From Lingula anatina (Eukaryota; Animalia; Brachiopoda): 64,000 nt of DNA. Position 1 is the first letter of the stretch, and the number at the start of each line of letters is the position of its first letter. The translations under genes were made by a program, and so were the position numbers. The notes beneath the pieces are model-generated. The model saw only the letters and a list, made by a program, of their open reading frames with translations. It did no database searches and was not told the origin of the DNA. This document shows positions 1 through 11,226 of this stretch, piece after piece. The stretch covers positions 2,356,001 through 2,420,000 of the forward strand of contig CM120645.1 of the NCBI GenBank assembly GCA_051362555.1. Reading direction: 5' to 3'.

Positions 1-718
1 CCAGTTATATGACCACGTTAACAAATACAATGATATAAAGGACTTACCTTTCTGCATAACGCGTTCAAATGTACAACAACGAAAGAGCTGTTCATGAACA
101 CAAGGCACTGTGAAAAGCGATTCAAACGCGGTAAAAAGTATTACAGCGTTCTTGTAGCAGATAAACCTATTAGTAAACATCGTGTGCGAATACGAGTGAT
201 ATATGAATTCACACCTCTAGGTGTATTGTAAAAAACCATATTACTGGCGAAAAGATTCGTTTGTGTATAGACTTTATTGTCACGACATCATATTCAGTTC
301 GCTCTGTATTCTATAGCTGTTGTGTATACTTCTTTGGCGTCAACGTAATTTTTAACACTGCAAATTTGCTGATGGCAGACTTATAACGTGCCAGACGCAT
401 GGAATCACTGTTCCTCGGAGGCCAATTAGGCTGACTGCACATCACAACCGATTTCGAACTATACACGAGCTCGAGAAAACGCTCAAATTACCCTACGCTC
501 ATAATTATCTCCTAGCACGTCCTTATGTTTCGCTACAGCCTTTAACTTCTTAAAACGGGGGGAAAAAAACAAAACAAAAATCATTCAGCTATTGAGGTAC
601 AAACACCGTAAAATGAAATTGGGTTTTAACACCTTCTCAAGTTATGACAAGATCGTGGTTAGAATGTCTGATTCATTTTGAGGAGAAGGCGAGGTTCAAT
701 CCGTCCGGAGACATACCA

Positions 719-841
719 GGGCTCCGTAACTCGAAAGCATCGCGAATTGCGACCGAGCGCAAGAGTCTCGATTCCATATCTCTAAGAGCCTCGAAATGAA
801 AGGTGATCCGCAATTCGCGATGCTTTCGAGTTACGGGGCCC
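719..841. mobile_element. Small MITE-like inverted repeat
   Basis: 33-bp arms 719-751 and 809-841 (GGGC[T/C]CCGTAACTCGAAAGCATCGCGAATTGCG), one mismatch. Confidence 0.7.
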
Positions 842-1597
842 ATTTCTTCAAATGCATTGTACCTGGCGTCTCCTCGTTTGGCAGAACCTATTCGGGTAAC
901 AGCAGACAGAATGAACCGAGGTAAAGTACCTAGTTTGGCGATGAACGCTTTTCACGCTTCATACACCAGCTGTGTCATCCCCAGGGAAGTGAGAGTGGAG
1001 AATGTCTGCAACCAATCTGAATCAGTACCATGAAATATAGTAGGCAAAGTGTCGACTGTGGTAAGCCGCACCGAGACGCAATGCGATGCGACGCGATAAC
1101 TTATTAGGAACCAGACTCTATTTGCATGCTTTAACAAGCAGCATATTATATATAAAGAATGGTAAGAATACAAATCAAAATAACGAAGTAAGGATTGCCT
1201 GGAAAGTTGCTAGCACCGGATACGGCTGACATATCTGTAATTAGAGTAATTTTCTTAAGCAAGGATATGGCAGTAATCCGCCACATAATGAATGGAATGC
1301 GCTCTCTTTCAGACGCCAGTTTCTTAATTAAAGGTATTTAATGCAAAAAAGGGGGTTCATTTTGCCATTATCACAAAGGTATATCATAGCCCATAGCGTA
1401 GAGAAATGTATGACTTATGTAACCGTTTGGAGTCCTAATTTCTCATTTAACCGGGAAAAAGTGATATTCATCCGTTTCCATCTCTCTTATGAGAGAGACC
1501 CAAGACAAGGTTTACAGATCGTAACTCCATGAACGGCATTGGATTTGGTATATACCTGAATGATTCATTGAAAAATGATGCCAATAACAGGGTAATT

Positions 1598-1599
<2 letters not shown>

Positions 1600-1650
<51 letters not shown>
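1600..1650. repeat. Poly-T homopolymer (~50 nt)
   Basis: Direct observation. Confidence 0.95.
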
Positions 1651-1651
<1 letters not shown>

Positions 1652-2589
1652 GTTATATAAGCGTCTAAAGCCCTTTGTGAGCCTTTGATCATAAAAATTG
1701 TTATTTTAATCTACCTAGTGTCAAGCAGTCAAGCATAAATAAAACTGTTTCACCCTATCTGTTCAAAGTATATTCAATTTCAAAACTTATTTACAAAAAC
1801 ATTTAGAAAAATTCGCTATCACTATGGCTAATAACAACTATGGCTGGCGTTAACGAGTTTCTGGGAAAAAAGATTAAAGAAAACATTTTATTAGCAGCAA
1901 TGTTTTTAAATGAATTATATCAATACAGAATCTTACATTTTACAAAGCATGGGAATGGAAAATAAAAACAACAAATAGAGCTACCTTTATGTTTGTCGCT
2001 GTCATTTCCGTATCCAGGCATAGATATGCAATGCAAAGTCTCAGTGCCTTGATAGATGATCCAATAAATAATACCAAATAATTAAAAAGACTTTAGCCTT
2101 TGATAAACGATATCCTTTATGTTGCTTATTTTTCAAGAAATGATGCAACAGCTGTCAAAACCCAAACCTTTTCATTTCCTTCAACGGTTTATTAATACAA
2201 CGGTAGACTCAGTCAACCAGGAACTTCTGAAACAATGTCTTTTTAACGCTAAATAACTCGTTGTTATGGTTTATTTCCAGGTTCAAGTCTCAAGTAGAAA
2301 ATGACGGCCGTGGATAAGTATCTTTTTTTGTAAAAGTGATCAGGAAAAGACATGATGAACCACTTTGATGCTACAAGATGCAAAAACAGCAGAAATCCTT
2401 TGGGAGCTTTGCTTGACCAAATTACATTAAACTGCAAGATTTTGGACATCGAAATCGAATTTGAACAAAGATTAATGATAATACCAATTACACGGTTTCC
2501 TTGATGTACCGCCAGGACTGAAACTAGTTGCAAGAGTCACAATAATAAAATTGCTGAGCCTGCTAAGCTCTTATTACAAACTTTTCTCA

Positions 2590-2625
<36 letters not shown>

Positions 2626-5600
2626 GGATACAGGTTAAACAATTGCACTTATTTCCATATAAGGGGTTTTGCATGCGTTACAGGCGGCTGAACTCAGTAG
2701 TAGGCGGCAATGAAAATCGTCTATTTTAAACATCTATATGTCTCAAAAGATATAAATTATCGTACCGGTAAGAGTGCAGGCATAAAGGCACCTTTCTGAG
2801 GTAAATGAACGAGTTATCGTTGGCTGTGCCATGAAATAATGGCTGTATTCCAACTCACCAGTTCCCATAAGGTTATATCTCGATACCTTGGTGCTCTTTA
2901 CCGGTTGGATTGAATAGCTGTCATTATAGAGTCACAATCTATTCCCCTTTTCAAACTTTTTTGCCAGTAATTTAAACTCAAAGCAAGATGAAGTATACCA
3001 TAGTGGCATAATTGACACCCAAAACCAAAACAAAAAAGGCGATTGAAGACTGCATAAGAAACGGACACCTTCCTTTAGTGATTGATTTTTCAAGCAATCT
3101 TACTCGTTCTTTGTATAAGGAATATAAATGATAGGCTGTGAAAGTGGCAGACGCTGTCTCATTACTTTCCGTGTTGTGAGACGCAGCAGACGGTCGTTTC
3201 ATTGCACAGAATTCAGTTTGGGACTGGCGTTCCCTAAATCCCGTACTCTAAGTGAATACTATAGGGACCCATTCAAAACCAGTTGACAAAATTACGAACT
3301 ATTTTGAAGGCTGGTTTCTGAGTTCCACGTTTTTAATTTCAAGGTACCCTCGCAACGGAGAAGAAAATTTAATTTTACTCGTGGCGAGCTGCATGTAGTT
3401 TAGAAATGCATAACTCAAAAACTGATTTTTAGACTCATTTTTTCTCAACGGTTTTAAGTAGAGCATGCACCGGTTCTTAAGAGAAATAGCCGAAATCCTC
3501 AGTAAACCCCCTTTTATATAAAGCTGTAATGCACAATATATACCATTTTTAAAACTGGACATACTAAAGCCAGACTATGGGAAAGTATATATATGGTATG
3601 TAAAAAATAAAAAGTGTTGACAAGGCATTTTATGTCCCTGTCAGTTTTGAAGGACACCGCAATGTCACCTTTATTGTACCAGCACGTCGCAGCTGTTTCC
3701 AGATTCGGCGAAGGCATGTTTATAGAAGAGGAGCGCACGCGGCATTCAGTGCCCTGTCTCCGGAACTCGGGGGTGGTGGGGGTGGGGGGTGGGGGTGGGG
3801 GGTCTATGTTCGAGCAAATACTAGCAAGAACGTCAATTGACGTCCTTGATACAAGTGAAGTATTGGAGACCCTGGCACATAAATATTAAAACCGTAGCCA
3901 TTTATTCTAACATTATTACACTACTATTCCTGTTTAAATTCTCCCTGGTAAAATCTGGCTTTCTGATATTGTAATAGATTACAGCACGTTATTTTAGAAT
4001 TACTTGGTGGTAATACCAGAAGGATCGTGGAATGTCGGGTAATATGGCAGGCTTGGAAGCCACCACCGTTGGTCCAAGAGGGTGATTCAAAATATCAAGT
4101 CTTTTTGAAAGAGCCGTAATCGAAAGGATTCAGACAAAACAATTGCAACTGGCAGAAAAGATATTGAGTTTAAATTAGCTTCACTTTCAATGCCTTGTAG
4201 ATATCCAATATGGCTTATTTATTTCATTATATATTTTACTATATTTCATTTTGTTATATTTCATTTTTTGTTTTCTTATATTTCTGTGTACAGTGAATTC
4301 AGTAGTATATCTCTGAACCTTGAACACTGTCCTGAACTCCATTATCATCAAGTCAGTTTGACAAGCAATTCTCATTATTCTTTACGTTAGTTTTAGAAAT
4401 TGTTCCCAGATGTTGGGATCAATAGCAAAGCTAATAATCCGCGGATAAATATTATAATTGAATGTATTCACAACATGCTGTGACAATAATATAATTACGG
4501 TGCCCAGGGTCGCGATTTTGTCCTCGTGCCAACAACTGAAAAAAACAACAACAACAAAATCAGTGATAATAATAATTAAGCCAAGCTATATTATTATTAA
4601 CACCTTAGCTTAGTGCCTTGTGTAAAATGTGCATATGTACAGAAAACATTACCTTTAAAATGGGATAGCGTGACTGGGTATTCCCTTCAAACCTTAGCAT
4701 GCCAAGGATAAATATAAATATAAATATAGCTAAGAAAATCCTTGAAATTGTAGCAAGTTTTATATTGTACAAAACCTTTCAGAAAATTGCCATCTAAAAA
4801 CCGGTTTTGAATTCTAAATTTCTACACCTAAAACCGCTAGGAAAATGTAGATATAGAAACAAATTTTTGAGTTTTATATTTCTAAATTTTACAGTCAGTA
4901 GTGAACGTATCTCTCTCTCTTTCTCTCTTTCTCACTCTCTTCAGAGTGACTCAAAAACTATAAGCTTTAAGAGCTATAATGGGTTCAGGGATCATAATTT
5001 TGTGAACAGTTTTGAATACGGCAAACCCTGATGGAATTCTGGAAATAAGTTGGAATTTCCTAGGATTTTTTTTTCTTATTTTGCTACATATAAGTGTCAC
5101 GCTCAGGGTTTCTATATCTTCATTTTCCCAATGGTTTTGGATGCAGAAATTCAGAATTCAAAACCCGGGGATTCCAGGACAACTCGTGGATTAATGTATA
5201 CAAGATTGACATTGAGCAATAGCGCGTTCCAAGCAGGCGCACGATGGTTGAATCATGGTCAAAATTACCCATGGTAAAATAAAAGTTGAATCAACATCCG
5301 ATTTACGTTTGATTTTGTAAGTTTTAGGTAAAACCAGCTTATTGTAAGCTTTAAAATCTCAATTAATTAAGACGCAGAAAGTGATCTTGGTGCTTCTGCC
5401 AGAAGTCTCAATGTACATGCACCTTCATGTGACAAATGTTAAACGGTGTTATTTAGAATTGACTCCAAATATCCAGAATAACATGCGCTGTTTTCCCAGG
5501 TAACCGATTCCAAGAAAACTTCGGATCAGCACCTTCACTTGCAGGTACTGCTAATTAAAAGCTTGGTTGAAATGGCGCTTAATATCTAATTCGCCGATGT

Positions 5601-6521
5601 TTAATTTATGAAAGCGACGGTGTTTTTGCAAAGTGTTGTTCATTGAAGGTTCAGCATAGTTTCTGGGAACTGTCAACAGGTTCAGGCTAGTAGTTATATA
5701 TATCTAGCGGAAAAGTACCTCTAACATGATCCAAAAGCGCTTTTCTTTTTACTTTGAGGGCGATTATAATTATAGAAAGATCATTCACTCTGGGTACGTA
5801 GTGCTTCATAAATTGATGGTTTTGTTTTAATATCATTTACAAATGATAAAATTAAAATGTCAAATGTGTTGCAAGCGCACTGGCTGTTCCAAAACTCATT
5901 ATTATACAACTATGCCAAAACTAGAAAATGAACCTAACACAAGTCACTGTCGTAAAGCAGCCTTACAAGTGTATTAAAAGATCACGTGTACTTACTTTAT
6001 TGTATAAAGTAAGGTAACAATTATATAAGTGCTATTAGTATGCCATGGTTTTTTATTCATAATTATCCTTATTGTATATTTGTATAGTACTCTTCTTATA
6101 TTAGAGAGCCAACAAATGTCAAACCATGTACACATTAAGAGCTCAATAAACATTATAATAAATAAATGGTACACTGTAAAACTAGCTAACATAAAATAAG
6201 ATTGGCAGTCCTTAGCGCCTGGGGATTAACAGCAGCCAGGAGTGCAGAGTTTCCAACTTTTTGACAGGTGGTTGTGTAGACTGACTTTAAATACAGATTA
6301 CCAAAGCGTTCTGTGCCTCTACAATGTAGACATTTGTTTCAAGTTATCTAAGCTCAGGGTGAGATTTGCAAAAACCGATTCGCCAAAGCCTTTTGCAACT
6401 ATTCTTTTATCAATGATTTTGGGTAGGTGGGTTTTGCATGGTAGCCAAAACAATGTCTGCTGCATTAACAGGGCAAAAGTCTGTGCAGGTAAAAGACCCC
6501 ATACACAACCAGTTGATCTGC

Positions 6522-6580
6522 TGACTAACTAGTCCGCGGATCAAATATGGCGCGCACTTGACAATGAATTTCCGCCTACC
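6522..6580 (+). repeat. Fragment of the same interspersed repeat as 61069-61265
   Basis: GACTAACTAGTCCGCGGATCAAATATGGCGCGCACTTGACAATG closely matches about 61100-61144. Confidence 0.7.
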
Positions 6581-7577
6581 AGGTGCACCGCCCAGCATGG
6601 GGCGAACCAATTGGTTCTGAATGGGCCCTGACTCATGTTCGTTCATATCGAAGGCTAACGTGACTCGCGTCGACTGACAAGTTCAAGTATATTTTCAAGA
6701 AATGTTATTGAGAAGTCTGCTATTTTTTGATTCAGAACCAAATCTCATGGGTAATTTAAACAATTATTTCTACACATTACCGGTACCTTTGGTTTCTTCT
6801 CGCCTACTCATACTGGCTCTCGTTCATTTTTTCTTTCTTACTGCGATGGTTTGAAGATAATTCTGCTTAATTTGGGTAATTAGACTATCCCCCGCTTAAC
6901 ACGGAAACCAAATTTCTGTCGTTGATGGGATGGATAAATGACATTCTGGATAAAAAGATAACGAAGACAGAGAATGAAGAGACACGAACTGTGCCCATAA
7001 GCACGGAAATCTATCAAAACTCGACTTACGTACCGGAATATGCTTTTCAAGTCACAGAAAAGCTACGGCAATCATTATTATCTGCTACAATTTTCTATCA
7101 AAAGAAAAGTGCTATTGGAATTTCCTGTAAATAATTGGCTTTTTTGTTGAAATGTCTTCTTATCTAACCAGGAGGCTATGATTGATGTCTTTTTTTCTGT
7201 TTGTTACATTTCTTGTTGCTGTAAATGAGTGTTAAAAAAAGTTGGGATAAAACAGATAAATCCCAAACGAAGAGGTGTGACAAGGACCACGGACATCATC
7301 GAGCAACCAAAATCATTCATTTCTTTCCCGGCCCCTAGCGAAGGGGGGGGGGGTCGGGGGGTTCGAAGGAACCGCTCTTTTTGTCTAGAAAGAGTCCATT
7401 CTGGGTACAATTTGATCCAGGTACACTAAGGTTTCATTGTAAAAGGTAAACTTTTTCAGAAAAATACCCCCCCCCCCTTTGGAATTTGCTGGTTACGGGC
7501 CTGCGTTCTGTGAGATCGATGACTAGCACTGTTGAATCCTTCCATTGTGTTCTATGGTGAGCTTATACATTATAATA

Positions 7578-7679
7578 GTCTCTCCGCCTCTCACACGCGT
7601 CGTCCCTGCGGGGGTACAGTCATTAAATCTCGGCTCCATTGGGGCGACGCGTGGGGAGGCGTGTGAGAGGCGGAGAGAC
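7578..7679. mobile_element. Small GC-rich MITE-like inverted repeat
   Basis: Perfect 21-bp arms GTCTCTCCGCCTCTCACACGC (7578-7598) / GCGTGTGAGAGGCGGAGAGAC (7659-7679). Confidence 0.65.
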
Positions 7680-10415
7680 AGTTAAAGGATAAGGGGGGTT
7701 TCTTTCATGTACGTCCGCCATATTTAGTTCTCGGCTTTGTAGAGCCTCGGCTCTTCTCAATGTGAATGCGGCCTAACATACCTCGCGATCAGCTTTTCTG
7801 CACGTTTCTGAACATTGCTAGCAGTCGGATTTTCCCACAAAGATCCCCTGCACTAGTCTCATTAGTTCGAAAATCGCTCTCAGTTAATTAAGGCAGCATA
7901 TTTCTTAGAAGACAAATCAAGATTGATTCTGCGGCCGATCCCGCGTAGTCTGACTTACAAGATCCGTGGAAGCAGTTTGCTGTGCTGGTGGTTTTAAACA
8001 CAAACAGGCAGTTGAAAATATAGATTAGCACGTGCTTCAACATACGTGAACCACCACGAAATCGAAGATCGACGTATCACTTTTTCTGAAAAATATCAAT
8101 GCCAGTTTAAAAGGTCTACCTGTGGTATGACGCCTGTCGCTGTTGTCGGTATCTGATACACCAGACATCGAGTAATGTGTTCGCATTGTCTTTAGACGAT
8201 ACATACCCCAATGTCAGCTGATACCAAAGGTAGACAGTCTGTTTCCGAAGATTTGTTCGAGATAAACGTAAACGGAATCTCTGATGACTGTTGCAACAGC
8301 CCACAGGACAACACATAAACACGGTGCGGTTTTAAGACTGGGTTGCCATCCCTAGATCAATCTAACAGAATCGGTCCATCTCCACGGGATCCCTCGCTAA
8401 ACTGCTTTTAACCCAAATGGTGTAGACGTCTGGGACGCCCACTAAAGCTGCTAACGATAGTTAATTATCCCCTATCAGTCTCAACAGGCGTAACAGACAT
8501 CTAAGCCACCCAAGTTAATTGCACATAAGCGAGAATTCCCTCGGAGATAGTTCGATCCAAATTTAGTACGATAGTCTCTGGGAAGGTCTCTAAGGAAATC
8601 AGCGCTGTCTATGCTAACCACAGAGCACATGAAAGCGTACGTTAAATCGTGCAGATGAGGGAAAACAAACAAAAACGACATCTTTTTATAAATAAGAAAA
8701 TAAAACGTCGAAAATTAGGAATTTGACGCCTCGGAGTGCATTTGTTTTTAGTAGAAAATGGACCAAAAGGAGAGCATACAGCCAACTCCTTATCCATACA
8801 ACGTGTCTTTTGATCTTGTTTTATCTGTCTGAACTGAAAGAATGGTCTTCGAAATAATTACGCTTGCAAAGTACATCTCACAGTCAAAACGTCTTGGTGA
8901 GCCAGGTATCAATGGCCTTCCGGGAAGAGAGGCATTACAATACCTTCAGAAACTCTCTTAAAAGGTTTTTTCCAGGGCTAATTACAATACAAACGCACGC
9001 GTTCCCTTTTGCCAACCACGCACTGAATTGAAATCTAATAACAGTATTGGCCTAAGTTGACACTGACTATGTGCAATAATAAAAGTATCTTTGTTGAGCA
9101 CATCAACAGTTAAAAAACAAAAATAAAATGCACATATATCAAGTAATTGGATTTTAAATCCTATTGTGTGAAACAACACTTTAAAAAGCAAGGATTTGTA
9201 CGCATACAATAAGATTTTGACATACACACTTTAAATTATGTTCTGTCCTAAAAGCATTCTACGCACTTCAGACCTTCATATGGGAAACATTACTATTTCT
9301 AAAAAATCATCAATTTTCCTTAAAACGTCAAGGCATGTCCCTTCTCCTAAGAAAAATTTGATCTGATCATCCATTTTGGAGTTGTAAATTTCAATTTTAT
9401 CATTTGCACTTCGCCAGTCTCCATGTCCAATATGAGAGTGACTCAAAAATTATATAAACATAACAATAAAAATATTGTTATTTTGTCAAATGGTTTGGAA
9501 ATAGTGAGTAAGGAAAAAGTGATGACAATTCCAGGAAAAATTTATTTGGCTATAAAAAGATATGTCTAATGGGGGTAGCCTACCTTTAATCATATGGTAC
9601 AACAATAAACGGCTAACCCTATAATCAAACTGAGTGCACAGCACAAAAAACCAAGACATACATTTTTAAAATTTTAAAAGGAAATGCTACTAACATATTA
9701 ACAAATATGTACTAAAAGACTGTATACAGCATCCATATGACAATGCATAAACAAAAATATATACACATTCATGCATGTTAATACAAAAATCAATATTAAA
9801 GGAGATTCAAAATCTTTTTCAGTTCTACCACAAATACACTTGTTAATCCTGTTTTGCATATGAATATATTTTTAAGGTGCACTTGACTTATGCTTGTGGC
9901 ACTCAGCGTGGATGAGAAAAACATAAGTGTTCTAAAAAAACAGTATCGCTTTTATAAATTAATCAATTTCATGACAAAGGCTGGGTAAAATAATTGCAAC
10001 TATTACAAATATGTGGTTTCTTGAACCACAACACACATTATATGCTGATGTGGATTTTGACAGAAAAGATGAAATATCAGTGTATGTTTGTATTGATAAA
10101 AAGAATGGGTCTCAAATATGTCAAGACCCCATTAGTAGTTTTAACTAATTGTAATTAGTCATTTTAACTTATTTAAATCCAGTTAAAATAATTAAAATCC
10201 TCCAGTTCATGGCAAAGGAATTCTACTTGTATTTTATGAGAATAGAGTAAAACGTATAACATAAATTTAATCTCCTGGGAGCAAAACAAAGTCACTTGGT
10301 TAATGGCAGAGATAAACTGAATACATAAAATTTACAAATAAACTGGTGCAAACTTTGTAAAACCAATATGCTGCTTCTGAAACTTGCCCAATACAGAAAA
10401 ATATATCATAAATTA

Positions 10416-10418
<3 letters not shown>

Positions 10419-10475
<57 letters not shown>
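10419..10475. repeat. (TA)n microsatellite
   Basis: Direct observation; a second similar tract at about 11166-11224. Confidence 0.95.
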
Positions 10476-10476
<1 letters not shown>

Positions 10477-10552
10477 CAAGCGTGAGGGTGGAAAAGAGTG
10501 CTCAACAGTCCGGAGCATTTGTACACAATTAAAATTAATAAATAACTCTTAA

Positions 10553-10602
10553 GTGCTGCCCTCTTTTGGCAGTGCTCAAGTTAACTTGCTGCCACCTACT
10601 GG
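10553..10602 (-). promoter_or_regulatory. Pair of CTCF-like motifs just downstream of the PM20D1-A stop codon
   Basis: Minus strand CCAGTAGGTGGCAGCA and CCAAAAGAGGGCAGCA resemble the CTCF core CCASYAGRKGGCRS. Confidence 0.45.
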
Positions 10603-10614
10603 AATCCACATAAT

Positions 10615-11162
10615 TTACAATTCCTCAGTATGAGAGTGAAGAACCTGCAACTTTTCCTGGTCTGCATTGAGAATAAGGTGATAAAAGAAGTTGATTATTT
10701 GCTCAAAGTTCTGCAAAGCAATTCTCTCGTTGTATCCATGAATTCTTTTGGGCTCCTCCGGTCCCATCACAGCAGGCAAGAACCTATAGATAGAGTCAGT
10801 CAGGTTGAGGTATCGGTAGTGTCTTGTATCTGTGTTGGCCACCATGATACCTACAATAGCCAGAGATAGTAAATGGGTTAAATAAAAAGAAAACGAAAAA
10901 GCTAAAACGGACAAATTTGAAGACATCCATTATCAACATGAAAAAATCTCAAAAACTGATTAACTGCATCTGTAATGGGAATAATACCTGACATAGCCCA
11001 AAGGCTTGTGTCACTTAAAAATCATTTTTTGTCAATCAAGAAAGATTTCTCAGGCTTTGGGGGACATTGGTTAACAAATGAAGATACTGGTAAGCATTGG
11101 ACTTGAACCTCTGTGTTGGTTAGGATCAGCGTAAATACAAGGTGTTAAACTCTCTTACCTAC

Positions 11163-11226
<64 letters not shown>

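Noticed and set aside
10826-10842. ANTD versus GNTD as a loss-of-function change in paralog A
   Set aside because: To my knowledge both variants occur in functional PM20D1 orthologs, and all metal-ligand motifs are intact.
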